A stretch of DNA of 64,000 nt, from the NCBI GenBank assembly GCA_903902965.1, contig CAIUXE010000102.1:1803-65802 (forward strand), read 5' to 3'. Positions 37,850 through 49,072 of this stretch are shown in pieces. Both the position numbers and the translations under genes were made by a program. Below the pieces are notes generated by a model. It did not search any database. It had not been told where the DNA came from and was given only the letters and a program-made list of their open reading frames with translations. The stretch's first letter is position 1. Each line of letters begins with the position of its first letter. This DNA comes from an uncultured Actinomycetes bacterium. Lineage in GTDB: Bacteria > Actinomycetota > Actinomycetes > Nanopelagicales > Nanopelagicaceae.

Positions 37850-39109
37850 TCATCGATTAAAAGTTGCACTTAAAGAAACATCTTTTGGCGGTTCTAATCT
37901 GCCTCGAAAGCGCCAAGCAACAAATAGTGAGCCAAAAATTACAATTAAGCCAGCTGTAATTAACGCTTCTCTTGGCCCAAAGATTTCAGCTAACCAACCT
38001 ATGAATGGTGCACCTATAGGAGTGCCACCCATAAATATTGCAAAATAAATTCCCATTACTCGCCCACGTATTAGCGGATCACTGCCAAGTTGAGCAGTTC
38101 TATTTGCGGCAATTCCAGTAGTAAGCATTCCTGCACCAAATAATGGCAAAGCTATTGCATAAAATGTGTAAGAAGGCGCTAGCGAGCCAATTATTATTGC
38201 GAATCCAAAGCCAATAGAACTAGCGATAACTCTCTTTGTCCCCGGTTTCCACTCCAGCTTTGTTGCAAGCAAGGAGCCAGATAACGAACCTACGGCTATA
38301 CAACTTCCTAGAAGACCAAACTCTTTTGCATCTTTACCAAAAGCCATTGTTGCCATGGTTGCACTGAATAATTCAGGATTAAATCCAAAAGTCGCAAAAA
38401 AGAAAGTTAAAAGCATTAGAGCTTTTAAATCAGGCCTCGCCCTGATGTAATTCAAAGCTTCGCGGATATAAACTTTCCCTTGCTCCGGATTTAGTTCTGT
38501 AATTCCACCGGTTCTCATAAAAAATAAGGCGCTTAAGATAAATACAAATGAAATTGAATTGAATATAAAGGATGGTCCAGTTCCAAAAGCACTAATCATG
38601 AACCCTGAAACTGCTGGCCCGATTAACCTGGCGGAATTGAAATTTACCGCTCGTAAACTAATCGCATTCGCCATATCCTCTTGCGGGACTATCTGCGTCA
38701 CAAATGATTGGGCAATCGGAGCTTCAATCGAGCTTGAAATTCCAAGTAGCAATGCAATTACGTAAACATGCCAGATCTGTACATTGCCAGAAATAACTAG
38801 TATCCCAAGAATTAATGCCCATAACGCGACAGTTGAATTGGCAATAATTAATAGTTTGCGTTTTGGAAAGCGATCAGCAAGTTTGCCGCCAAAACTGGAG
38901 AAAAATATGAATGGGATTGCCTGCAATCCAGTGACAATTCCTAGTTGAAATGCATCATTTGTTAACTCAAGTACTAGCCAATCTTGAGCGATTCGCTGCA
39001 CCCATGTGCCAATATTTGAGAAAAAACTAGCAATAAAGAAGATCCGAAAATTTCTGTGCTTGAAGGAGCGGAAAGTTCCTGAAGATTTCGCCAACTTCTC
39101 GCCACGCAT
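37850..39109 (-). CDS. MFS transporter, paralog B (tandem duplicate)
   Basis: 419 aa, collinear with paralog A with a majority of identical residues by eye. Confidence 0.85.
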   Translation of the reverse strand: MRGEKLAKSSGTFRSFKHRNFRIFFIASFFSNIGTWVQRIAQDWLVLELTNDAFQLGIVTGLQAIPFIFFSSFGGKLADRFPKRKLLIIANSTVALWALILGILVISGNVQIWHVYVIALLLGISSSIEAPIAQSFVTQIVPQEDMANAISLRAVNFNSARLIGPAVSGFMISAFGTGPSFIFNSISFVFILSALFFMRTGGITELNPEQGKVYIREALNYIRARPDLKALMLLTFFFATFGFNPELFSATMATMAFGKDAKEFGLLGSCIAVGSLSGSLLATKLEWKPGTKRVIASSIGFGFAIIIGSLAPSYTFYAIALPLFGAGMLTTGIAANRTAQLGSDPLIRGRVMGIYFAIFMGGTPIGAPFIGWLAEIFGPREALITAGLIVIFGSLFVAWRFRGRLEPPKDVSLSATFNR

Positions 39110-39126
39110 TCTCTGGTTATCTCTGT

Positions 39127-39324
39127 ATGTGCTCCTACAATAGTCTTATGCAACTCAAAGATGAACAGGTGGTGAAGATTGGTATCACTATCTGGACAAT
39201 TATTTTTGCTGGAGCCCTTATTTTGCAATTAGTAAATGGCAAATATGGACATTGGGCGATAACAAGTTTGATAGGTGTTGCTTTAGGTTTATACGGCTTG
39301 CGTGCAATAAAAAATCGAAAATAA
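39127..39324 (+). CDS. small two-TM membrane protein (DUF2530-like?)
   Basis: 65 aa with two hydrophobic helices. The start is uncertain (no SD; 17 nt from the divergent MFS start). Confidence 0.4.
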   Translation: MCSYNSLMQLKDEQVVKIGITIWTIIFAGALILQLVNGKYGHWAITSLIGVALGLYGLRAIKNRK

Positions 39325-39331
39325 ATTAAAT

Positions 39332-39715
39332 TTAAGCTTCGATCTGATCTGCAATACCGCGCAATACTTTTCCTAGTCGCTCAGCTTCACTTGTTGATGG
39401 ATGACGACCATGACGCAATCCATTTCCAACACGATCTAAAATCTTTATCGCGTCTTCAATGATTGCCGCTAAATCATCAGGATTAATTCTTGAGCTTGCA
39501 ACTAATGATGGTGGCGCTTCGAGAATGCTCACTGAAAGTGCTTGTGGCCCGCGACGACCATCAGCTACACCGAATTCAAGTCGTGTTCCAGGTTTGACGC
39601 TCGTTACTCCAGCAGGAAGTGAAGTTGCTGGAAGAAAAACATCATCGCCTTCTTCGGATGCAATGAAACCAAAGCCCTTTTCAAGGCTAAACCATTTAAC
39701 GCGACCGCTAGGCAT
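39332..39715 (-). CDS. cold-shock domain protein with C-terminal extension (mycobacterial CspB-like)
   Basis: GRVKWFSLEKGFGFI and DVFLPATS motifs. I prefer the ATG at 39715 (GGAG 6 nt upstream); the ORF-track start is a TTG at 39730. Confidence 0.85.
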   Translation of the reverse strand: MPSGRVKWFSLEKGFGFIASEEGDDVFLPATSLPAGVTSVKPGTRLEFGVADGRRGPQALSVSILEAPPSLVASSRINPDDLAAIIEDAIKILDRVGNGLRHGRHPSTSEAERLGKVLRGIADQIEA

Positions 39716-39848
39716 CATCATCTCCATCAAGAGTTCAGGTCTAGCTGGGAAGTAGCTAGGGGTGGGAGTTTACCGAGAAATAGGCCAGCCTTGCTGAACT
39801 CTTTTTTGGCTCGATTCCCCTGAGTTGAGCCTGAATCCCGCGCTCGGA
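39716..39848 (-). promoter_or_regulatory. structured 5' UTR of the cold-shock gene
   Basis: A 10-nt inverted repeat (39794-39803 / 39729-39738) closes a domain of about 75 nt that ends just upstream of the SD. An internal hairpin CTAGCT-N7-AGCTAG lies at 39741-39759. Confidence 0.45.
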
Positions 39849-40553
39849 TTAAATAACTTGGGCTTGCGAGTGGGCTCCACACCCATGATCTATCGAAACT
39901 ACATGGCCATCGGCCGGTGAGATTTCGTTGGCGCAAACTCCAAATGCAGATCGCATAGAGCCTGCCATAGGAATAAAGAATGCACATGCTGCACAAGGAA
40001 GTGGAGCAGCTTTTGCCATTTGGGCTTCTGGTCCAAAATCGCCGCGATACCAACGTTGGCTTGTTGCATCTCTTCCGAATGCGGAAAGCACTCGCTCTCT
40101 TCCTAATCCCAATTCAAATAATTGCGCCATATCCAACTCTTCATCACCCGGAAGTGCGGCATAACCAGGAGTTAAGCGCGCATCATCATGTGATGTAGGC
40201 ACAATCGCACCAGGTGTTAAATCGCCAGCTTGAATTCTCTCGTGATACGGAATCCATTTCGGGGCAAGCAAAGCATCTGGGCCAGGAAGTAAAACAACAT
40301 CACAAACAGTTGCCTCACTAGTTGTATCTTCATCAGCGCGAGTTAGTGTTACCGCCCAACGCCAATCACGATACCCGGAAAGCCCGGTCCTAAATAGGTG
40401 TGTTAAAAATCTTTCACCATCAACTTCAACACCGAGATGTTCTCCGACTAATTCACCTTCATAAGGAAGACCACTTGCGCGCGCCTCATCAACTGCTGCT
40501 GCGCGCGCTAAATCGATCGCGTTAATTAAAAATTGATCTGTGGCTATTTCCAT
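39849..40553 (-). CDS. DUF3027-family protein
   Basis: C-terminal FGVCANEISPADGHVVSIDHGCGAHS motif. Neighbour of csp as in other Actinobacteria. I prefer the ATG at 40553 because the longer ORF would overlap the groEL stop. Confidence 0.7.
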   Translation of the reverse strand: MEIATDQFLINAIDLARAAAVDEARASGLPYEGELVGEHLGVEVDGERFLTHLFRTGLSGYRDWRWAVTLTRADEDTTSEATVCDVVLLPGPDALLAPKWIPYHERIQAGDLTPGAIVPTSHDDARLTPGYAALPGDEELDMAQLFELGLGRERVLSAFGRDATSQRWYRGDFGPEAQMAKAAPLPCAACAFFIPMAGSMRSAFGVCANEISPADGHVVSIDHGCGAHSQAQVI

Positions 40554-40560
40554 TTTGAAT

Positions 40561-42186
<1,626 letters not shown>

Positions 42187-42224
42187 TTACTCCTTGCAAA
42201 ATTAAGCACATTTACAGCTCTTGG

Positions 42225-42251
42225 CTGTCACTCTCATCGGGAGAGTGCTAA
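42225..42251. promoter_or_regulatory. CIRCE (HrcA operator) upstream of groEL
   Basis: ctgtCACTC-tcatcggga-GAGTGCTAA compared with consensus TTAGCACTC-N9-GAGTGCTAA. The right arm is perfect and the left arm partial. Confidence 0.75.
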
Positions 42252-42309
42252 CGCATAATCTACGGCAGGAAGGGTGAGTCGGCCAAACGGAGATTGGGTC
42301 TAACTGGCT

Positions 42310-42588
42310 TTACAGGTGTAGCGGAGCGATCGGAGATCGAGCCTGAGTTCGGCTCTCACGCAAGCGGCGTAAACGCCGTACGAGCGTGGGATAAGCACTC
42401 TCAGCCGCGCTGTTATCCAACAATGCGTTCAATAATTGGTAATACCGAGGGGTGCTGATCGAGAACAACTCGCGAATAGCCGCCTCTTTTGAGCCTGGGT
42501 AGCGCCACCATTGCCGCTCAAACTCCAATATTTGGAGCTCAAGTTCAGTGAGCGCGCTTGCGCCACTGTTTTGTACCGGTTCACCCAT
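42310..42588 (-). CDS. DUF3263-family protein
   Basis: 92 aa with LTELELQILEFERQWWRYPGSKEAAIRELFSISTPRYYQLLNALLD. Confidence 0.7.
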   Translation of the reverse strand: MGEPVQNSGASALTELELQILEFERQWWRYPGSKEAAIRELFSISTPRYYQLLNALLDNSAAESAYPTLVRRLRRLRESRTQARSPIAPLHL

Positions 42589-42642
42589 GTTCCTATCGTA
42601 GGGCTAAATTACATCGGTGTCATTTACCCCAATTAGTCCAAT

Positions 42643-44016
42643 TTAAAGAGTCGCCAGGATCGCTTGGATATCTGTGATCTTGGTCCATGGGTTAACAATG
42701 GCAAAGCGCAAGATCGGTGCACCTTCATGTGATGAAGGCGTAACGAACCCAATTTGGTCAGCCAATAATTTGTCGCTCCACTCTTGATAATCATTTAACT
42801 TCCACCCATCGCGCGTAAATGCAACTATAGAAAGTGTTGGTTCGCACAAAAGAGTCAACCGCGGATGTGCCTCTATTAATTCAGTTGCTTCTTTAGTGAT
42901 TTGCAAAGATTTTTCTATCGCATCTTCGTAAGCAGCACTTCCATTCGCTGCAAGTGAAAACCAAAATGGTAATCCTCGTGCACGTCTGGTCAATTGAATT
43001 GCATAATCCGAGGGATTGAATTCACTCTCGTCTTCTAGTGTTTCTAAATATGGCGCACGTTGGGTGTGCGCAGCTTTGCCAAGTGCGGCGTCTCTATAAA
43101 TAAGTGCGCAGGCATCAAAAGGAGCGAATAACCATTTATGCGGATCAACAATTAATGAATCAGCGCGTTCTACGCCATTAAATAATTCGCGAACTGATGG
43201 TGCTGCCAATGCAGCAAGCCCATATGCACCATCGACATGAAACCAAATTTTTAATTTACTTGCTGCGTCTGCTAATCCGTTTAGATCATCAATAATCCCC
43301 AAATTAGTGGTTCCGGCAGTTCCCACTAATGCAAAAACTTTATGATTTGAGTTTTCATTTTCAAATTTTGTGATCGCTTCATATGCATTTGTTCCAGTAA
43401 GTTTCCCAACTCCATCAGTTTCGATTGGGAGAATTTCTACATCCATCACATCAGCGGCTGCAGCTATTGAAGAGTGCGCATCTGCACTACACGCTATTAC
43501 CCAACGTTTGGAAGATCCAAATTCTTTTTTAGCATGAAACCTTGCTGCCACTAATGCAGAAAGATTTCCGACAGTTCCGCCTTGTACAAAAACTCCCCCG
43601 GCGGTTTCCGGAAATTTTGCTAAATCACTTATCCACCGCAGAGCTTGATTTTCTGCATAAACAGCACCGGCACCCTCTAACCAAGAGCCGCCGTAAAGTG
43701 AAGTTGCAGCAACTACTAAGTCGAAAAGACTTGCATACTCACTTGGCGCGGATGGGATAAAAGCTAAATACCGTGGGTGATCTGTGGAAATGCATGAAGT
43801 TGCTAAATATTTCTGGAAAAGCTCAAGAGCATCATGTCCGCCTAGACCATTCTCAGTAATTGTTTGACCCACTAAGGAGTGCAACTCGGCTTCACTTCGT
43901 GGATGATCCAAAGGTGGATCTATTCGCAAACGATCCAAACTGTAATTAAGGATCTCGTGTGCCAAGGCTTCTACTTCAGCGGTAAATTCATGCATGTTAG
44001 CCATTCTCTCACGCAT
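42643..44016 (-). CDS. pyridoxal-phosphate-dependent group II amino-acid decarboxylase
   Basis: 457 aa with PLP-lysine motif SLIVDPHKWLFAP. The start is ambiguous among M1, M5 and M8. Confidence 0.8.
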   Translation of the reverse strand: MRERMANMHEFTAEVEALAHEILNYSLDRLRIDPPLDHPRSEAELHSLVGQTITENGLGGHDALELFQKYLATSCISTDHPRYLAFIPSAPSEYASLFDLVVAATSLYGGSWLEGAGAVYAENQALRWISDLAKFPETAGGVFVQGGTVGNLSALVAARFHAKKEFGSSKRWVIACSADAHSSIAAAADVMDVEILPIETDGVGKLTGTNAYEAITKFENENSNHKVFALVGTAGTTNLGIIDDLNGLADAASKLKIWFHVDGAYGLAALAAPSVRELFNGVERADSLIVDPHKWLFAPFDACALIYRDAALGKAAHTQRAPYLETLEDESEFNPSDYAIQLTRRARGLPFWFSLAANGSAAYEDAIEKSLQITKEATELIEAHPRLTLLCEPTLSIVAFTRDGWKLNDYQEWSDKLLADQIGFVTPSSHEGAPILRFAIVNPWTKITDIQAILATL

Positions 44017-44038
44017 CTGAGTAAGGGATACTTAACAC

Positions 44039-44848
44039 GTGTTCTCTAAATTAAAAGCCTTTTTGGCTGCCTCACATTTCCAACCCACACTCTTTGTCAC
44101 TGCCGTCAGCTTTTTACTGGCGCGAGAACTTTGGTGGGAAGGTCCAGCTTACATAATTGCCATCGGGGTATTTTTCGGACAGCTTGTTGTTGGTTTTACA
44201 AATGATTTAAATGATTTTGCAGATGATAAGAAACATCGCCGGATAGAGAAACCATTAGTAGCCGGAACAATCACTGAAAAGCAACTGCGAAAAGGAATTT
44301 GGTTCGCACTAGTTTTGGCAATTGTAATTAATTTATTTGGCCCTCTTGGAATTAAAGGCGGTTTGATTTACTTATTTGGAATCGGCAGTGGTGTTACCTA
44401 TAACTTTTACTTAAAAGCAACACCGCTATCTCCACTGCCTTACTTTTTAGCGTTCGCAGCGTTGCCTGCTTGTATCGTTGTTGCGACTGACAGGACACCG
44501 CCACTCTGGTTGATAAGCGCAGGCGCCTTGCTAGGTGTAGGTGCTCATTTTGCAAATGTCATAAAAGATTTAAAAGAAGATGTAGAAAGTGGAATTCGTG
44601 GATTACCACAAATCATCGGTGAGAAAAATTCAAGAGCGGCAACAGCTTTTATTCTGATCTTAACCACAATAATTTTGACTCAGGTGATTGAGAATGTTTT
44701 AACGCTAACTATTGGTCTTGTCGGATCACTGTTCTTGCTTTTTGGTGGGAAGCGTTTTGTTTTCCCGGCAATTATGTTGGTCTCACTGTTAAACGTTTTA
44801 TTACTGATAGCTGCTGCAAGTGTGGAAATTGGCTCTAAGAGTCTTTGA
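44039..44848 (+). CDS. UbiA-family prenyltransferase
   Basis: 269 aa with about 8 TM segments and Asp-rich motifs NDLNDFADD and KDLKEDVESG. GTG start. Confidence 0.75.
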   Translation: MFSKLKAFLAASHFQPTLFVTAVSFLLARELWWEGPAYIIAIGVFFGQLVVGFTNDLNDFADDKKHRRIEKPLVAGTITEKQLRKGIWFALVLAIVINLFGPLGIKGGLIYLFGIGSGVTYNFYLKATPLSPLPYFLAFAALPACIVVATDRTPPLWLISAGALLGVGAHFANVIKDLKEDVESGIRGLPQIIGEKNSRAATAFILILTTIILTQVIENVLTLTIGLVGSLFLLFGGKRFVFPAIMLVSLLNVLLLIAAASVEIGSKSL

Positions 44849-46346
44849 AATATTCTTTTCTCTTTGCTCCACGGACAATATTTCTTAACATAATTGGAAA
44901 AATGAATGCATGCATGGGCAAAATTGCGAACCAATACAATTGACCGCCCAAACCACGCGGAGAAAATGTTGCTTCCTGAATCACTTTTACTGTCTCTGAA
45001 CCATCAGTTGATTTAATCGGTTCAATTCGAAATTCCAGCCAAGCTTTCCCTGGCAAAATCATCTCAGCGTACAACTTTAAGAAATTAGGACGATTTAATG
45101 CTTCAACTCTCCAAAAATCTAAGCCGTCACCAACTCGTAAAGTTTTCGGATCACGACGACCGCGACGAAGTCCAACACCACCAATGGAACGGTCGATCAA
45201 TCCGCGCAACCACCACAACCAATCTGATCCATACCAACCAGTTTCACCACCGATTGCCTCAATTGTTTCCCAAAGATAAATTGTTTTAGCTTCAGTGATT
45301 ACTTCACGATGATCTTTATAAATTACTTCGCCAGCCCATGAAGGATCTGATTGTGCTTTTTGCCATGGCAACATCGGTGCGGTTGCATCTGACCATCGAG
45401 ATTGCACTTGATTCTTGTCTATCCGTGTTAACGCGTAAATCATTGCATCGTTAACGTCTAACAATCCTTCTGTAGGTGGTGGAATTAATTTGTCAATACT
45501 TTTTTCGGGATCGGCAACGACTTCACTAATTAATGAGCCGACTAGTGGTTTTGCTAATGCGGCTGGTAATGGAGTGACCAATCCAATCCAATGACTGGCA
45601 AGTCTCGGAGTTAAAACTGGGATTTTTATAATCCATCTGCGCCTTAATCCAGATAGTTTTGCAAATTTTTGTAACATCTCAGAATAAGGAAGAACTTCAG
45701 GTCCACCGATATCAAAAACCGCACTTACTGGTGACGGCAATAGAGCGGCATGACTTAAATACCAAAGCACATCTCTGATTGCAATTGGATGCGTTAAGTT
45801 TGAAATCCATTTAGGTGTTGTCATTATCGGTAACCGGTGTGTTAAGTGTCGAACCATTTCAAATGATGCTGAACCTGAACCAATAATGATTCCGGCTCTT
45901 AATTCAAGAGTTGCTACACCAGTTGATGCTAAGACTTCTCCTACACGAGCTCTTGATGACAGATGTTTACTTGTTTTCGTGTCATTTGCGATTCCACCCA
46001 AATAAACAATCTGCTTTACTCCAGCTTCGGCTGCTGCCCGAGCAAAGTTGGCAGCCATTTCACTTTCAATTTCGTCGAACTTTGGACCTAAATTTAGGGA
46101 ATGCAATAAATAGAACGCTGTGTGGATTCCAGTTAGTGCCTGTCTTGTGGTTTCAAAATCACTGGCATTTCCAACTGTTACCTCTACTTTATCTGCCCAT
46201 GGCTGGTCAGTTATTTTTGACCGATCACGTACAAAGATCCGCACTTCCAGCTCTTCATTTAGCAAGGCACGAACTAGTCGGCCACCGACATAACCGGTAG
46301 CCCCCGTAATTAGTATTTTTCGAGGTGCGCTCACACTGGGCAACAA
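44835..46346 (-). CDS. NAD(P)-binding atypical SDR fused to a DUF2867-like C-terminal domain
   Basis: 503 aa. N-terminal ILITGATGYVGGRL Rossmann motif and a large C-terminal domain with no catalytic motif I recognise. TTG start is uncertain. Confidence 0.65.
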   Translation of the reverse strand: MLPSVSAPRKILITGATGYVGGRLVRALLNEELEVRIFVRDRSKITDQPWADKVEVTVGNASDFETTRQALTGIHTAFYLLHSLNLGPKFDEIESEMAANFARAAAEAGVKQIVYLGGIANDTKTSKHLSSRARVGEVLASTGVATLELRAGIIIGSGSASFEMVRHLTHRLPIMTTPKWISNLTHPIAIRDVLWYLSHAALLPSPVSAVFDIGGPEVLPYSEMLQKFAKLSGLRRRWIIKIPVLTPRLASHWIGLVTPLPAALAKPLVGSLISEVVADPEKSIDKLIPPPTEGLLDVNDAMIYALTRIDKNQVQSRWSDATAPMLPWQKAQSDPSWAGEVIYKDHREVITEAKTIYLWETIEAIGGETGWYGSDWLWWLRGLIDRSIGGVGLRRGRRDPKTLRVGDGLDFWRVEALNRPNFLKLYAEMILPGKAWLEFRIEPIKSTDGSETVKVIQEATFSPRGLGGQLYWFAILPMHAFIFPIMLRNIVRGAKRKEYFKDS

Positions 46347-46388
46347 TAGACTTATAGTTGCGAGTTGGTAATTTGAAAGCTGGGAGCC

Positions 46389-47618
46389 ATGAATAAAAAT
46401 AAGCCGCGGGTGCTAATTTTGGGCGCCGGATTTGGCGGCCTAACCGCTGCGATTGCGCTAGCCAAAATAGCTAAGGTGACTTTGGTAGACCGACATAATT
46501 TCCAAACTTTTTTACCGCTGCTGTATCAAGTATCAACTGCTGGGTTGGCGGCAGATCATGTTGCTTATCCAATTCGAGGCGCACTTCGAGGTTTGCCAAT
46601 TGAATTTCGGATGGGTTCTCCAATTTCAATTAACCACCGAGAAAAATCTGTGAAACTTGATAGCAGCGAAGAGATTTATTTTGACCATCTAATAATTGCA
46701 CTTGGTTCGGCTACTGCTGATTTTGGAATTCCAGGGGTTGCAGAACATGCATTAGGCATGAAAACAATTCATGAAGCATTAACTATTCGCGCAGAAGTTA
46801 TGCGCCGATTTGAAGATCTCTGCAGATTTAATGACGACACAAAATTAGGAATAGTGGTTGTTGGTGGCGGGCCCACGGGTGTTGAAATGGCAGGAGCGCT
46901 TGCTGAATTGATTCGAGGGCCACTAAAAGGTGATCACTCTCATGCCGCCGCCAATATCAATATTTCGTTAGTCGAAGCTGGTGACAGATTATTACCAGCG
47001 CTACACCCAGCATTGTCCGCTCGCACTTCTCGTGATCTTGAAAAAATGGGTGTGCAAGTTTTAACTAACACCGCAGTGGCCGAAGTTGCACCTCGAATTA
47101 TTAAATTTAAAGATGGCACTCAAATTGGAGCGGAAATCACAATTTGGGCCGCTGGTGTACGTGGCGTCCCAATTTTAGAAGAATTAAATATTCCTCTTAA
47201 TAGAGGAAGAATTGATTCTGATCAAACTCTGCAAGTTAAGAATTATCCTTACATTTGGGCAATTGGTGATAACTCTGGATCTGTTGATGAGAATGGCAAG
47301 CCTTACCCAATGATTGCTCCCGTTGCTATGCAGCAAGCGAAATTTGTAGCACAACAGATTATGCAATTTACACAAGGCAAGGATCTAAAGAAATTTAAAT
47401 ATCGAGACAAAGGTGCGATGGCCACAATTGGCAGACACAAAGCCGTAGTCGAAGTAAAAGGTTTGCGAATTTCCGGCTTTGTGGCGTGGGGTATTTGGTT
47501 GTTCTTGCATCTATTTTATTTACTTGGTGGGCGCAACAAAATTGGAACAATTGCAGATTGGTCCTGGAACTATTTAACGTTTGATCGAGGCAACCGCCAT
47601 ATTATGGATGCGCTTTAA
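46389..47618 (+). CDS. ndh: type II NADH:quinone oxidoreductase (NDH-2)
   Basis: 409 aa with two dinucleotide folds (ILGAGFGGL, VVGGGPTGVEMAG) and a C-terminal membrane-anchoring helix. Confidence 0.85.
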   Translation: MNKNKPRVLILGAGFGGLTAAIALAKIAKVTLVDRHNFQTFLPLLYQVSTAGLAADHVAYPIRGALRGLPIEFRMGSPISINHREKSVKLDSSEEIYFDHLIIALGSATADFGIPGVAEHALGMKTIHEALTIRAEVMRRFEDLCRFNDDTKLGIVVVGGGPTGVEMAGALAELIRGPLKGDHSHAAANINISLVEAGDRLLPALHPALSARTSRDLEKMGVQVLTNTAVAEVAPRIIKFKDGTQIGAEITIWAAGVRGVPILEELNIPLNRGRIDSDQTLQVKNYPYIWAIGDNSGSVDENGKPYPMIAPVAMQQAKFVAQQIMQFTQGKDLKKFKYRDKGAMATIGRHKAVVEVKGLRISGFVAWGIWLFLHLFYLLGGRNKIGTIADWSWNYLTFDRGNRHIMDAL

Positions 47619-47619
47619 T

Positions 47620-48078
47620 TTAATTAGCTTGCAAAGCCGCACTTAATTGATTTGCGTGATCATTTATGTGCGAACGAGCTTTTTTGATTAATGCAATCAA
47701 TACAAACTCATTCCCATCAGAGGTTATGCCTTTGCGTTGCCAATCTTCATCCTTGAAATTATTAAAAAGAGAAACGCTGGATGCTCTTATGCTTTCAATT
47801 AAAGCAATAGAAGCGTTTACGGCACGTTTTTCATAATGCAAAAGTTCTGGATAAACATCTTCGTCAAAAAATTCTGTAGTTGGGATATTTTCAGTTAGTA
47901 CACGTAAGTATCTAATGTAGAAATGCGCTTCGGCATCTGCCATATGATGAATGATGTTTGCCGGAGACCATTCTTCACTTGTTTGGCTCTTGTGCAACTT
48001 TTCACTCGATGCACTCTTAGCTAACTTCACAAAATTTTCTCCTGAATCCCGGAACTCAGTTATGACTTCATTCGACAT
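47620..48078 (-). CDS. DinB-family protein
   Basis: 152 aa four-helix-bundle-type sequence with His motifs (IIHHMADAEAHF, INDHANQL). Confidence 0.65.
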   Translation of the reverse strand: MSNEVITEFRDSGENFVKLAKSASSEKLHKSQTSEEWSPANIIHHMADAEAHFYIRYLRVLTENIPTTEFFDEDVYPELLHYEKRAVNASIALIESIRASSVSLFNNFKDEDWQRKGITSDGNEFVLIALIKKARSHINDHANQLSAALQAN

Positions 48079-48092
48079 TTAGATTCCAATCA

Positions 48093-49037
48093 TTAATCAG
48101 CTAGAAGTTGACATAATTTATCGAGATCTTCTGAATGTCTTGAGATTACTTCAATACTTGCCTGTTCAAGTGCTTTAATGGTTTCAGGGCGAGCGTCATC
48201 GATCGCAGATCTCATGCCAGACATTAGAGGTTGCACTCTAAAATAATGTCCTTTGCGCAAAATATGGTTTAACTGCCAATCAATTGCATGGTTGCTTGCT
48301 TGCGAAGTTATATCCAAGATTGGTCTAGCCCAGTTTGCTAATCCCCAGTGGCGCACCTCTTCATATTGCAAAATCCGAGATACGGCTCCAGTGCCTAAAG
48401 AAATTATTGTCATTTCATCTTCATCAAATCCTAATGATTGCGCATGGGCAAAAGCACACATAGAAGGATTATTTGCAAAAACTGCCCCATCTAGAAAAGC
48501 CATGCTTTCTTCATGATTAAATTTTGCTGCTGGTTCAAAATAGGTAGGGGCTGCACTTGTAGCTCTAGCCACAAAACTCATTAAGTGATCTTTTTTAGGA
48601 TTTTCTCTTGCTTCGCTCCTCAAGAAAAAGTGTGGCTCTCCGCTTTCGACCTCAAATGCAGTGATTAAAACTTCAACTAATGCTTCCCTTAACTTTGTTT
48701 CTCCAAATATTTCATTTAAAGCAGCATCAATTCCAGACGCAGAATATCTCTCGCTTGTTAAACCTTTCAAAACATCAAGCACTTTAAAACCAGAGTTATC
48801 AAAGATCCGTCCATATGCTTCGCGATAATAAGCGGCTAATTCTGGTGCGCTCCATTTAGGTTTTCCGTCTGCTCCAGGAGTAGCAAGGGCCAAAGCGATA
48901 TGCCCGCCAGCCGATGTTCCAGAGATCAAATCAAAAAGTCGGCTGATTGGCTTACCCATACGCTTTTCAATTTCGACGATAACCATGCCAGGGATTAGCC
49001 CGCGCACGCCACCACCGTCAATTGAAAGGATTTTCAT
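48093..49037 (-). CDS. patatin-like phospholipase
   Basis: 314 aa with GGGVRG, GTSAGG (nucleophile elbow) and DGAVFANNP (catalytic Asp). Confidence 0.9.
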   Translation of the reverse strand: MKILSIDGGGVRGLIPGMVIVEIEKRMGKPISRLFDLISGTSAGGHIALALATPGADGKPKWSAPELAAYYREAYGRIFDNSGFKVLDVLKGLTSERYSASGIDAALNEIFGETKLREALVEVLITAFEVESGEPHFFLRSEARENPKKDHLMSFVARATSAAPTYFEPAAKFNHEESMAFLDGAVFANNPSMCAFAHAQSLGFDEDEMTIISLGTGAVSRILQYEEVRHWGLANWARPILDITSQASNHAIDWQLNHILRKGHYFRVQPLMSGMRSAIDDARPETIKALEQASIEVISRHSEDLDKLCQLLAD

Positions 49038-49072
49038 ATCTCTACTTTATCGACTGGAGAGTGTTGTTGCTA

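Noticed and set aside
39729-39803. The inverted repeat followed by TTTTTT on the plus strand, read as a plus-strand terminator.
   Set aside because: No plus-strand gene ends upstream of it. On the minus strand, where both neighbours are transcribed, no U-tract follows the hairpin. I interpret it as a csp 5' UTR structure instead.
48093-49037. The patatin-like lipase as an effector of a CBASS-like or other defence system.
   Set aside because: No cyclase, sensor, NTPase or other defence-associated partner is adjacent. The neighbours are threonine aldolase and a DinB-family protein.
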